From Paragordius varius (taxonomy: Eukaryota; Animalia; Nematomorpha): a stretch of 64,000 bases of DNA. The stretch spans positions 12,524,001-12,588,000 of the forward strand of contig OZ176054.1 in assembly GCA_964247055.1 (NCBI GenBank). The letters run 5' to 3'. The position numbers were made by a program, and so were the translations under genes. Below the pieces are notes generated by a model that was not told the DNA's origin, did no database searches, and saw nothing but the letters and a program-made list of their open reading frames with translations. Below, piece by piece: positions 1 to 12,187 of the stretch. Position 1 is the first letter of the stretch; the number at the start of each line of letters is the position of its first letter.

Positions 1-65
1 AAAAATAAATCTACATTTTTTGTATCTCCAACATTTTCTGATTTAAAGTAAATTTATACAAGATA

Positions 66-1321
66 CTAGCTGGCCCTGTCACGCTTCGCTGTGGGGTAGT
101 CTCACCGATAATTATTTTTAATAATTTTCAATAAATAGAGTTAATGGAGATAAAAAAAATAATAAAAAAAATACATAATATAAAGAATGTCTTTAATAAT
201 TCTTTTATTTTTGCATAGGCTCAAATAATGTTTATCCGAAATCGACCATATTTTATCTGTCCCGTATAAAAGTCAATATTCAACTATCATTGGATTTATT
301 AAAGGTTTTCGTTTTACGAAATCATGGTTAAATTATTTTGAAATTGTGTTCACATAGCTGGGATCAAGGGATATAAAAAGTAAATCATTTGTAGTCCTTT
401 TTTAAAGGAAAGAATGAGATTATACAAATTCCCCAGAAATGTGTTTAACTGAACTCGTATTGTTTCTTAAATTTTTTGAAAAGCTCCTAAACTAAGCCAT
501 TTTTGTATGGCGTCTCAGTTTTAAAGACCCCAACCCAAAGACCTATATTAAAAAAGCGCTGAATTAAATTCTTTGCCTTTATAGGGCAAATATTTGGAAT
601 CATCTTTGATACCATCGTCTCATGGGTTATTCAAAAAAATACCCCAACACTAAATAATCGTTATATGATGGCGTATTTTTAGGGCATAAAGCCCCAAATT
701 AAGGACTATTAAAAAATACTCGACCTTAATTTTACCTAGTTACGGGTAATATTTCAAGCTTTTAATGAGCTCATATGGCTTCATAAATTTTCTGTAAATT
801 AGCTCCAAAACAACGCACTATATAATGGCGGAGTTTTAGCGGCTCTCTGTCCAGCAGCCAATATAAAAAAACAGAGTAAAATTTTTGTCTTTTAACAGGG
901 AAAAGCTAGAATCCTCAGTGATTTTTAACGGTCTTATACCCTGGTCAAAAAATTATTTAATTTTTTAAAAAATGACATTTTACGGGGAGAACGAGTAAAA
1001 AGAGAGCCTAAATTAAAAAAATAAGCCGACTATGTTCGGCTAAATCAAAAAAATGCAAAAAAATCATATTTGAAATCGAAAGGTCCAACACGTTTTGAAA
1101 ATCGTCTCAAAGAGACGATTTTTATGGACTTGTGTTTTCAAAAAAAACCCGTTTTTTACAAGGAGTGGGCCCGAACAGGAAGCATAATTCAAAAAAGGGC
1201 GAAGCTATTGTCGGGGCATTCATTAATGATTATATTTTTTTGACATTCGGATTTGAATGGGTCCACCGGTTTTCCGGAAAGATCACAAAGCCAGCATTTA
1301 CGATTTTTACAAATATATAGA
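66..1321 (-). mobile_element. Non-autonomous Helitron (left-arm copy)
   Basis: Minus strand starts A|TCTATATATTT (1322|1321). It ends with a GAA-loop hairpin CACAGC-GAA-GCGTG, then CTAG|T (69-66|65). A|T insertion with no TSD; empty site at 36093|36094. Confidence 0.8.
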
Positions 1322-1653
1322 TTATAATGATCAGGAATAATGTTGGTATAGACAGTCTTTCCGAACCAGAAGATTTTATGATATATTTATCAAGATGATT
1401 GATATTTTCCTTTATGACAATAATTTTACAAGTTTAAAAACATTTTTTGTTATATTGTATTATTATCACTTGCGACCCCATTTGCGTAGCAAAATTATGG
1501 GTTCGCAAGTAATAAAAATACAATTTAACAAAAATGTTTTTTAACTTGTAAAATTATTGTTATAAAGAAAAGTAACAATCATCTTAATAAATATATCTTA
1601 AAATCTTCTGGTCTGGAAAGACTGTTTATACCAGCATTTCCCGATCATTATAA

Positions 1654-2800
1654 TTTAAATATTTATAAAAATGGAAAATGCTGGCTTTGTGTTCTGTTTC
1701 CGGAACACCGGTAAACCCATTCAAATCCATGTTAAAAAAATATAATCATTAATGAATGCCCCGACAATAGCTTTATACTTTTTTAGGCTACCAGTTCGGG
1801 CCCACCCCGTGTAGAAATCGGGTTTTTTTGAAAACAGAATTTCAAAAAAATCGTGTCTTTGAGACCATTTTCCGGAAACCGTGTTGGAACATTCGTTTTC
1901 AAATATGATTATTTTTACATTTTTTCGATTGCGCCGAACTTGTCGGATTAATTTTTTAATTTAGGCTATCTTTTTACCCGTTCCCCCCGTAAAATGTCAT
2001 TTTTTTCAAAAAAAAACAAAAAAAATTTTTGCCCAGGGTATGAGACCGTTAAAATTCCATGAAGATTCGAGTTATTCTCTGTTAAAAGGAAAAAATTTTA
2101 ATCTTGCGTTTTTTAATATTGGCTGCAGGTAGCCGCTAAAACTGTGCCACTAAAAATTGAGTTGTTATGGAGCTAATTTACAGAAAATTGAAGCCATATG
2201 AGCTCATTGAAAGCTTGAAATATTACCCTTAACTAGGTAAAAATGAATTGAATGGTATCAATGATGATTCCAAATATTTGCCCTATAAAGGCAAAGAATT
2301 TAACTCAGCGCTTTTTCCTTATAGGTCTATGGGTAGGGGTCTACCTAAAACTGAGACGCCATACAAAAGAGGCGTAGTTTCGGAGCTTATTTTCAAAAAC
2401 TTACGAAGCCATTGGAGTTCAATCAAACGCTTTTCTGGGGAGTTTGTATAATATTCTACCCTTTAAAAAGGGACCAAAAATCATTTACTTTTTATATCCC
2501 TTGATCCCAGCTGTAAACACAATTTCAAAATAAAATTTTTAATCAAGATTGCGTAAAACGAAAATCTTAAAATAAATCCCATGATACTTGAATATTAACT
2601 TAAATGAGGGACAGATTAAATATGGTCAATTTCGAGTACACAATATTTCAGCCTATGCAACCCGTAAAAGAATGATTAAAGACATTTTTTTATCGAATAT
2701 GTTTATTATTATTTTTTATTTCCATTAACTCTATTTATTGCATATTAAGAATAATTATCGGTGAGACTACGCCACACCGAAGCGTGACAAAGCTAGCTAG
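1654..2800 (+). mobile_element. Non-autonomous Helitron (right-arm copy)
   Basis: Inverted copy of 66-1321. 5' end is decayed (A|TTTAAATATTT); 3' end is CACACCGAAGCGTG...GCTAG|T. Flanks CCGATCATTATAA and TATCTTG are directly joined at 36081-36100. Confidence 0.78.
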
Positions 2801-4188
2801 TATCTTGTATAATTTTACTATAAATCAGAAAATGTTATAGAAATTTATATAAAATGTAGATTTTTTGTCAATCTCTTAAAACCGAAATAATCCTGATAAA
2901 TATTATCAACAAAATTTCTAAGTGTGATATTGAAGAACTATTATTTTTCTTTTATATTTGTTGGGGTCGTTAAGAAGCTCGCAATCATAAATGGGGTCGG
3001 GAATTACAAAAGTTTAAGAAGCCTTGATTTAGACGATCTGACAAAAAATAAAATTTAAAAAGTTCGAACTGAGCGTTATGAATTTATTTCACCTAAATTT
3101 ATACAAGGTTAAAAATGAGACATTTTAATTTTTGCCAAAGATCAACCATCTAAGATCAATAATTACAACTTATAGATTATCATTTCATTATATATAGTTT
3201 TTTTTATCACAGGGCGAGATTCGATTATTTTGAAAATATTGAACGATAATAAAAAATTTGTATTCTTTATTCGCATGATTCAAGTTTTTTAGACAGAGTA
3301 TAAAATTATAAAAACTTATCTGATTTTGAAATATTCTCTAAATTTTTTATATCGTTGTAACTTAAGCAAAATAATTTATTTATGGCCAATAAATGATATA
3401 ATTAATTTTAAGAGGCTTTAAACACATCGCACCAAACTTTATTATATTGATTATGGAGCCATCTTAATTTTGGACTCTAAATATTATAAAAATAATTGAT
3501 TTCAACGAAGACACACTTCAAAACATATTAGTTTATTTCCATTAAGCCCTGGGCTACAAAACTAATGTAATCATTTAAGAATTTAAGGGTAAGTAAGTGT
3601 TAAATAACCACCCAAAAGAAACGATATTTTTTAGCCTACCATATTCAATTTACTGTTATATATTATATTTAAAACGCCAGTATTTGTTTTAATCTGCAAG
3701 ATCATTATAGACATATACATCTAGAAAAAAAGGAAATCCACAGAATACCTAAAATGTATGTCAAAAAACGCATATTTGTCTTAGTAAATTACAAGAAATT
3801 AAGGTTTGAGGCCAAAAATCTTTACATTTTAATATAAAAACAAACTTATTTACTGAATTCCAATAAAATATTTCCATCCTTGAGTCGAATATATTTGTTT
3901 AAAAAATTGGTAACTTACATCGCAATTTCTGAAAAAAACTCGGCATCGGGTTGTATTTTATGATTCCGCATAAATTGACAATGTAAAATTGGTGCAAAAA
4001 CAGTCTGCACAATTTTTAAGATTTTGTAATTTTTTTAGCCACTCTACTCTAATAAAGTTAGATGTAATATCATGATACAAATTTTTACAACAATTATTTG
4101 CAGTATTATCGAATTATTTTAATTTATCATAATTAGAATAGATCTGTAATGTTTCAAATCATGCAAACGAAGTATCTACATCGTAATT

Positions 4189-5633
4189 TCAAAAGGTCGC
4201 ATTATCTAAGTTAAAGGTCATGGACCAAGGATTAATCCATTGTTGCAAAGGGTTAATATTGTATTGGATGATGTTCCAAATGTTAATAAGCAGAGTTCCT
4301 GACATTCGACCTAACGTACCAGTTGTAAATATATCTTCGAGATATTGTTGTTCACGTGTAAAATATGCCATGTACAGTTTATATGCCAGCGGTGGTGTTA
4401 AAGCATAAAACCAACCCATACAGAATGGGGTGTAAAATGGACTTGGATATTCATGTTCTGACATGTAATACTTTAAGGATTCATTTCGAATCGGTTTTTG
4501 ATTCATAGAGACCGGACATATAATAACATCATCAATGTGATCGTATTTGCTAAATTTAGCCTTGTATTCCTTACGTAAATTCGGATCAATAGCTAACATA
4601 TTAAACCTGGCAGGATCACATTTGTTCATTTGTGCGATGGCTTTGCTATTCCTTTCATATCGTTCCAATAATCGCTTCCCTAAATGTTCATCGTTATTTA
4701 GGACGTGATCAAATTGCTCGCCTGGTATAAATTGGGTTTGATTATAAGTGTAATTAGAAAAGGGGTTGGGCCAAGGCTTTATTATACGTCCATACTTCCG
4801 TAAAAAACTTCCATGTTTAATTTCGAACGTTCTCAAGTAAATAATCAATTGTATAATATCAATATATACATCATCATCCATTTTTATCAAGAATTTGGTT
4901 TGAGGACAATAGTCTACAGCCCATTTAAATCCCGTTATTATGCTATATATAAGATTAACATATGAGTCGGCATAATTGAATTGCAAGATATCATTATGTT
5001 TTTGGCTTTCTTTATGCAAAACGCGGGTCAAATTTGAATCAGACACTCTACCCATGAGAAATACATGTCGTACTCGAAAACTTTTACGATAAAGTATATC
5101 AGAACCATAACTGTTACGAATCCTTTTTCGATGGGCAAAATGCGTCGGATTAGAAAAAATTAGGAATAGTATAAAAATTGGTTTGCTCTCGCACACAGAA
5201 AACCCGGGATTTAATATGTATCCAAATTTTTTGCCAGCAAACTTTGTAAGGTTAGTGTCTTTGGTTACCAAAATACCCTGGAACAACTTATAGTCTTTTT
5301 TGTAGGGTTCTAAACATTCATCCTCGATTGGCTTCAAATCATCCCATTGATCGATACCCTTTGTTTCATTTTTATTTCCGATATTATTATAAGTTTCAAA
5401 TATTGAGTTACCATACGCAATTAAGTAGTAAGCGATTAATATCACAGATACTATTGCAAAAAATTTGAGTTTCTACGAACAAAAAATATATAATCAGTTT
5501 TAAGAATAAGATTATGGATACCAAAGTTTTTTATAACAAAAGATTTTATGCGGGTATTGAAAAAAAAGTGTAAAATTTATCTTTAAGCAAGACAAATACT
5601 TACTGGAGTTATATAGTGTATATTACGAATCAT
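4189..5633 (-). CDS. GT31 family beta-1,3-galactosyltransferase-like type II membrane glycosyltransferase, ~437 aa; exons 5633-5604 and 5472-4189
   Basis: GT31 motifs LIFSNPTHFAHRKRIRNSYG, DILQFNYADSYVNL, FLIKMDDDVYI (DxD), KPIRN..KYY, PFCMGWFY and EDIFTTG. The ORF-track GTG start has an in-frame TAG upstream. A GTAAGT donor at 5603 and a TTTTTTGTTCGTAG acceptor at 5473 add ATG-exon MIRNIHYITP in frame before KLKFFAIVSVILIAYYLIAY (TM anchor). Confidence 0.9.
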
Positions 5634-6971
5634 ATATAATCAAAATTAACAAGCTATATTCGATACATTCATTATCACCGCTCATCACAAACACACTTGT
5701 TAATTACAAATGTTGGCTGTTTTGTCTTTATTATATCGCTAATATTATAAATTTTTGCTAAAAAAGGCCGTCCAAAACAAAATCGAAAAAAAGGATATGG
5801 TTTATTATTATTATTGTCTCAAAGGAAAGGACATACGTTACATAAGGTTGTATGTTTATGATTAAGCTTATGACATCCATAAAATATGGTATTTTTTTTA
5901 TTAGTTTTGCTTTACCGTAAAATTTGATCACATGTCAAACTTGTTTTTTTAAAAAATATTGAAAATGTCACCGGTAATACAAAATATACGGTTTAAACTC
6001 AGAGTGCATTAAATTTTGCAAAGTTCCTTACAAGAGTGAATAAAAGGCTTTCAGCATCAAAACGAACTTAAGCGCCATAATTACATTAATTGCATTTTTT
6101 GTCTTAATTGTGATGGAATAAAATTTTACAACATATAATTTATTTGTTACGCAAATAATTGTAATAAATTTTCTGCATTTAAAAAAATTGACTTTAGGTA
6201 CAATTTTTTGGAGGCCTATCAGGATTATCGGCTAATTAAAAAAGCAACTGACTTTCCTATAAATTGGTAACGTATTTTGATTTTAAATGGTCTCATTACT
6301 CAGATGAAAAATTATTTCGACAACTTATTTGGCAAATTTAACTATATCCAACCCACGATATGCCTTTATACGGAAAAATATATTACCATGAGTTAATCCA
6401 CATGGTCTCCTAACTTGTGCGAAAACAACATAAAGAGGTACGTGGTATGGTAGCATTTTAGACATAGGGTGGACTTCTACTTAGAAGTTACATAAAAATA
6501 AGCGCTTGACTACATTGTTTGCCTTCAACGAAAAAAACCCTTTATTGTGGGCAAAAGTTGGCTTGGAATCTATGTTATTACCATAAAGTGCTACCTAGAG
6601 ATTGTAAAATTTTGGCCTTGCAAAAAAATAAAACCCTTATGAATTCATATAGTCTTATAAAAGAGCCACGTTATTCACTTATTGGGGCCTGCTCAATAAA
6701 AATGGGTATTTCATTTTAAAAAGCGAGAGCAAAAACTTTTGCCCTTATGTAACGAATTCATATCACAGATTTGATATTGTTTCATAACTTGGGTAAAAAA
6801 GATGTTTATAATGGGTTGGTTGTACCTCTATTTTATGGGATGGTGATAACTGAAGAATTAATTCAAAAAATTGGCTCCACTCCATATAATGGGATGAAAA
6901 TTTTCCAACATTTAATTTTAATAGACTCGACACGTTTTCTGGAGTATATAAGCCAATATTCCACATTTGCA

Positions 6972-6976
<5 letters not shown>

Positions 6977-7014
<38 letters not shown>
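6977..7014. repeat. (TA)n microsatellite
   Basis: Pure TA run. Similar runs at ~13581-13594, 16490-16507, 25078-25103, 36394-36422 and 62189-62212. Confidence 0.95.
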
Positions 7015-7018
<4 letters not shown>

Positions 7019-7917
7019 GCTTGGAACCGGTTCAAAAAAGTGGAAACGGAACCGGGTCGGTTTCAGAACAAGTAAAACCGGAACCGCGTTGGTTCTTAAG
7101 ACTTTAAAAATAGAACCGTAAGGTCCTGAAATTTTAGAATCCTGAACAAATAGAATCGGAACCGTGTTGATTCCTTAAAAATTTAGCGGTTCCGGAACCG
7201 GTTCGTTACATTTAGAACCGGTTCCATTTTCGGTTCCTGACTTTTGAGTAAATGATTTACAAAATATTATTATAATAATACAACCAAAATTAAATTAAAC
7301 AGTTTATTATAAATTGCCAAATGTCTAGTGAAAGAAATATAGTGTATCATAATAAATGAAACAAATTATTAAAATATAATAGGAAAATGGGTAAGTACAA
7401 AGGTATATAATGAGTGTTAAATTAAGTATGGCATCTAAAATCTTTAATAAACTTTAAAAAATTATTGCACCAAGCAATTCGCTGGTCAAAATGCTTCTCA
7501 AGTCTGAAAATAGAAAATTAAGGGTGAAAAACATATTTCGACGGAGATCTATATATACGAACATATGTAAACTCGAGTTATGACTATTAGTTTTTTCAGA
7601 ACAGACGAATCGCCCAAAAATCAGAGAGTATCGATATAATATTAGGCACTTTGTTTTAGGTTTGAAGTTTGAAGTATGTTCTAATATCTAGTGGTACAAT
7701 CAAATTTATATAAAAAATAAAATTTTATAATAAAAATCATATGGGAACCAGTAATTAAGGGCCTGGAACCGGAACCGGAACCGGGTTGGTTCCTAAAAAT
7801 TTATAGATAGAGCCGGGGTGGTTCATGAAGAAGTGGAACCGGAACCGCGTTGGTTCCACCCCAATAGAACTGGGTCTTGTTAAAATCCCAGGAACCGGGT
7901 TTCGGTTCCAAGCCCTG
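7015..7917. mobile_element. hAT-type MITE with GGAACC-rich subterminal repeats (copy 1)
   Basis: TIRs (c)AGGGCTTGGAACCG and CGGTTCCAAGCCCTG; 8-bp ATATATAT on both sides; many GGAACCG/CGGTTCC motifs; second copy at 21828-22665. Confidence 0.88.
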
Positions 7918-7923
7918 ATATAT

Positions 7924-8102
7924 ATATTCTTTTCTCGTCATCACTTTTAATGGTCCGGCTTTCACAGCCGTATAACATGATAGGAAATATTAATATAAGT
8001 CGGAGTTTTTAGGTATATCATGAGATTTTCATAATTTGTAATTTGAGGCTAAAGCGCATTTGGCAATAGTTGTGCGTCTTTTTTATGTCATTTGTTGATA
8101 AC
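7924..8102 (-). mobile_element. RTE-clade LINE fragment
   Basis: Collinear similarity to ~40825-41030 (CTTTCACAGCCGTATAACATGATAGGAAA... GCGCATTTGGC). Confidence 0.8.
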
Positions 8103-8367
8103 ACTAAAATTTTTCTGTCACATGAGTTTTGCATTTTCTGATATATACTATCATTTTAACAGTAATGAAATAAAAATTATTTGACCTAAGAATAATTTAA
8201 TTTTTTGAATATGCGTCCACTTCAAAATTTTACAAAAAAATGTATTTTTTTGAAAATATGCAACAAATGCCCATTTGTAATATATTATTCGAAAGAGTAA
8301 AAAATCTATAAATCGCATAATAATATGTTTTACATCGATAATTAATATTGGACATAGGCAGCGACAA

Positions 8368-8397
8368 ACGCGCGCGAAGCGAGAGCGTTTTCCCTAA
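8368..8397 (+). mobile_element. Probable Helitron 3' end remnant
   Basis: GC-rich hairpin ACGCGCGC-GAA-GCGAGAGCGT followed by TTTCCCTAA|T (CTAG-like) in otherwise AT-rich DNA. Confidence 0.5.
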
Positions 8398-8649
8398 TTT
8401 ATATAGCTTAAACTTTGTCTAAATAGCAATAAATGTCCAAAAACACAAATAAGATTCTTTAATTTAAATACTTTTTATTGCTTTTATGTTATTTAATACA
8501 GCTATTTTTAAGTTTTTTAATATGTATATTTATATATTATAGTTAGTACCGACCCCACCCTAACCACCGCCAATTCCTTAACCTTAATGTATATTTTTAA
8601 AATTTAAAATAATTAAAAAACTTATTAAGGGCATGTATTAATCAGAAAA

Positions 8650-9330
8650 TCATGTTTTTTTTCTCGATTTTGCGTAAGCAAATTTTCTGATTAAATTCAC
8701 CCATTTGATCCGCCATCTCCGCTTCAACTGCTAGTAACGATTGTTTAACCTTTTTTCAGCCATCGTGCTTCTAATATACTTTTTATTTATTTTTAACTTT
8801 GAGAATGAACGTTCCGGTGTTTCACATAACTGGTAAAGTCAATTACAATAATAATGCCGTTATAACTTCACCACAGCTGAAACATTTGGGTATTTAATAA
8901 TTAATAGTTCTGCAAATTGCCTGAATTGTTATATGCAATCTCATCTTTAAGCAAATTAGAAACTGACACAATTTGAATCGGAAAATATTCGCTTAAATCG
9001 TTTGGATAATTAATTATATTTTTAACTGATTTGATAAGCTTAATTCATTTTAGTAACTTTGTTGGAAGCAGAAATGAAAACATATCCGCTACCCTATAAA
9101 TACTGCCGAATCTGTTTTTAACTGAAAAAAAATATTCAAAATTTTATTGAAAACATTCACTCTAAACTTATTATCTTTAGAAAATATATGGTCATCGGCA
9201 AGTTCAGCAATATGTCTATTAATAATTTTATGTCTCTTATCCCTAAAAGGAATAATGCCCCATATTATTGCCATTTCCATGGCATCTTTATTGCGGTTAT
9301 ATATAGTAATTTCTTAATAGGTTTATATTT
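8650..9330 (-). pseudogene. Decayed hAT transposase C-terminal region (ZMYM1-like dimerisation domain)
   Basis: Frameshifted minus-strand translation gives YPNVSA..LTLPV..ERSFSKLK..IRSTMAEKRL, and upstream KFRVNVFNKILN (ORF 9089-9280). Confidence 0.7.
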
Positions 9331-9726
9331 AAATTATCGAGCTGTTTTTGCTTTTATAAGGTCTATACCATTTGATTGTAATGTACTAGAGAGTTTATGT
9401 ACTTTATCTATACTATCACTACCATGGGCATAATTATAAACCTATTTTACTATAAAGACTTAACTCCTAATTAATGAATGGAACAGCTTGTTTGTGAAGT
9501 TTTCTCTATTTCGCTCGTCTGCATGCTCACATTTTTGTTTTTTATTTGTCAACATATGCTCGGAATAAGGGCCTACCAAGGAATAGCAGCGAGGAAACTT
9601 CTTAAATATAAACTAATTGCTAAAAAGTTATACTTTCGGTATTCAGATAAATAATATTTTGATAGCTGTTTAGTAGGAATAATAAAATATTTTTTATGGT
9701 AATATGGATTTTTAAAATTATATAAA

Positions 9727-9834
9727 CAGGGCTTCGAACCGGTCCCAAAAAAGTAAACTAGAACCGGGCTTTAATTTAAAAATTAAACAGAATCAGTTAC
9801 TAAAACAGAAACCAGGTTCCGGTTTGAAGGCCTG
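9727..9834. mobile_element. 108-bp minimal derivative of the CAGGGCTTGGAACCG MITE
   Basis: Ends are CAGGGCTTCGAACCGG and CCGGTTTGAAGGCCTG; no clean 8-bp TSD. Confidence 0.65.
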
Positions 9835-10667
9835 ATAAATATGTATAAATACACAAATTAAATGGAATATAAATGTGCGGACCGCCAAGATTTTTAAATT
9901 TGAGAATGGCCTGCTGAAAAAATTGCCGACCCCTGTTTTAGTGTATGTAAAAGTTTATCAAAAATATGTTCTAATACTATAAATAAATTTGGAAAAAACA
10001 TGCATCAAAGGTTAAAAACATTCGAAAAATATGCACATTAATGTTAGCAAATTCACTTCACATAAAGTAGTGAAACAACTATCATTTAATGTATGCATAG
10101 AAAATCATTTATTACAAAATTATTGTTATCTTTTACTTTGCTGTAATATGAATTGGCTAATATTAAATGTGAGTTGGCCTGCATTAAATTGCATATTGTA
10201 TAATCAAAATAAATTTTACTTGTTAGAGAATATTGTTATGATAAATGTTTTACTCTTTTTTTGTTAATTAAAACTGCCAGAAAATATTGAAGGAAACAAC
10301 CTAAAATTTAATGGATTGTCAATGCATTTTTGCTCTTTCTTCCTTTACAATAATATAAAAATTTACATAAACCAATCTCCTCATAAAAATTAAAATATGT
10401 AAATTAATTTTCACACTACAATAAAAAACAAAATGAATATATTATTGAAATGAGATTTTATTAATTATTTTAATTTAACAGATGCAAAAAAAATTACAGC
10501 TGTCAAAATTTTATGTTTCTTATAAAACTATAATACTATAATTTTTAGTAACAAAATAATTTAGAAACTTAAAAATTTATAAACTTCACTTATTTTTGGT
10601 GCCAACTATCTAGACTCATTTATTTATTTTTTAACTAATTTCACTTTTTAAAGGAGTTAACCGATAA

Positions 10668-11140
10668 TATGCAGCCTTGACCCAAACCTATGTTCATTGT
10701 GCTCCAGGAAGTCGGGCCATGCGGGGTGCTAAGTGATAGGTATGATTTGACGTATATGGAATTAATTATTTTAATTAAGTGAGCGTAAACTCAACGCTTT
10801 TGAAATGTTTTACTGGAGAAAAATAATGGGTATAAAATGGAAGGAAAGTGAGGAACATCGATATTGTATACAAAATTAACGCACAGGTATTATAATAAAA
10901 CAAAAATTCGGTTATTTTGGACACATGATTTGAGGACATTCTTTGGAAAAGGATATAATGTTAGGAAAAGATGGCAAGAGAGGAAGAGGAAGACGTATTC
11001 GTAGACGAATTTTATCACTTTCCAAAATGTCACTGCAAAAACTATCTCAAAAAGCCAACGACAGAACCGAGTGGACGAAGTTTTCATATATCGCTAATAG
11101 TCGATAATCGACTAGAGGCTCAACAACATCATCCTTTATG
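10668..11140. mobile_element. RTE-clade LINE copy with inverted 5' segment
   Basis: 10668-10782 matches 41340-41455 (element antisense). 10785-11135 is element sense (NAFEMFYWRK, FGYFGH, SLEKDIMLGK) and ends in a CAACAACAT tail. Confidence 0.8.
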
Positions 11141-11703
11141 CATGTTTGTAACATATTCCATTTTTTAACCCAAATCAACATTTTCATACAAACCCGGCTA
11201 TAACCAAATTCACGCTTAATTTAACACATTATGAAAGTAATTTTAGTATTTTTTTTAACAAAGATCAAACAAGAGTTAATGATATAAATCCTTAACATTT
11301 CAATGCTCAAGTTTTTTTAAAGTGATAGTTAAGGGTAGAATATGATTGGAATCGTGTTGGGTTTAATTAAAAACAATTGATTCCAAAAAAAGTTGTTAAT
11401 GAAAAATGTAGGTTACTGTACGGATTTAAAATTTTTAGCAAATAGGGATAAAGAATAAGGTAGAATATGTCAGTGTTGATGCAGGCAAAAATTATTTTTT
11501 ATTAACTGTTGTTTCAAATAAATACTTGTCTTTCATTTTTTTATTTTGTATATCTAATTTCAATTTTTACTGTAAATATTGGATAGACAAATAAGTTACA
11601 TAATAATCATCATAAAGTTAAATAATTCTATATGCACTCTGGAAACTAGATACTACGGGAAGTGTTTTGTTATTCCAAAAAATCCTATCACTGTCAAGCT
11701 CAG

Positions 11704-11872
11704 CAGTAGTATTCACCAATATAAATGACCAAAATATTTTACTTGGCTCAAGGACCTGCCCACCATATGTGAAAATCTTTATACTCTAAACGAGTATGTC
11801 GAAAAAAATTTGATAATTCAGGACCATAAACAAGCACTTTTTGGCTGCATGCAGCCCGTGTAAGTACCACTG
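11704..11872. mobile_element. Short hAT (Buster-like) MITE
   Basis: Ends CAGTAGTATTCACC and TAAGTACCACTG resemble the TIRs of 41629-43162; no clean TSD. Confidence 0.55.
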
Positions 11873-11909
11873 CCCTAGAACATACAGTAATATGTACTAA
11901 AAACTTTTA

Positions 11910-12187
11910 CAGTGAAAATTGAAATTATACGGACAAAATGTAAAAATATAAAGACAATTATTTTTTTCTAAAAGACAACCATACTTTTTTAATCTTTGTT
12001 TTTTTAATATAATTCATTATTTTAAACTAAAAAGTATAAAAAAATCAAAACACAGTCAATTATGTATTTTACAATTGTATTTAAATGATTTTTATAGGAT
12101 AAATTAAGGTGTAAAAAAGTATGATTGTCGTTTAAAAAAATTTTGTCTTTAAACTTGTATTTGTCTGTATAATATCATTTTATACTG
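11910..12187. mobile_element. Tc1/mariner(pogo)-type MITE, family D (TA|CAGTAAAAATTGAAATTATACGGAC...)
   Basis: Long TIRs, TA-flanked. Other copies or halves at ~11408-11572, 17140-17390, 27735-28040, 36420-36568, 36600-36699, 43918-44177, 45805-46073, 54100-54389, 57420-57610 and 61000-61111. Confidence 0.85.

Larger units (their letters stand above)
1..2940. repeat. Giant inverted repeat (foldback/palindrome) centred at ~1487; left arm runs off the window start
   Basis: Bases 1-105 are the reverse complement of ~2761-2865, and 1140-1380 of ~1590-1830. Centre is TTTGC-GTA-GCAAA (1481-1493). Arms are roughly 80-85% identical by eye, with indels. Confidence 0.92.

Noticed and set aside
1132-2451. 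ORFs 1132-1320 and 2248-2451
   Set aside because: They lie inside non-coding Helitron arms and are not conserved in the mirrored arm.
6763-7035. ORFs 6763-7035 and 6771-7016
   Set aside because: Their YIYIYI runs are translations of the (TA)n microsatellite; no protein features.
10971-11168. Acidic 65-aa ORF MAREEEEDVF...
   Set aside because: Out-of-frame reading of the RTE 3' end (GKRGRGRRIR).
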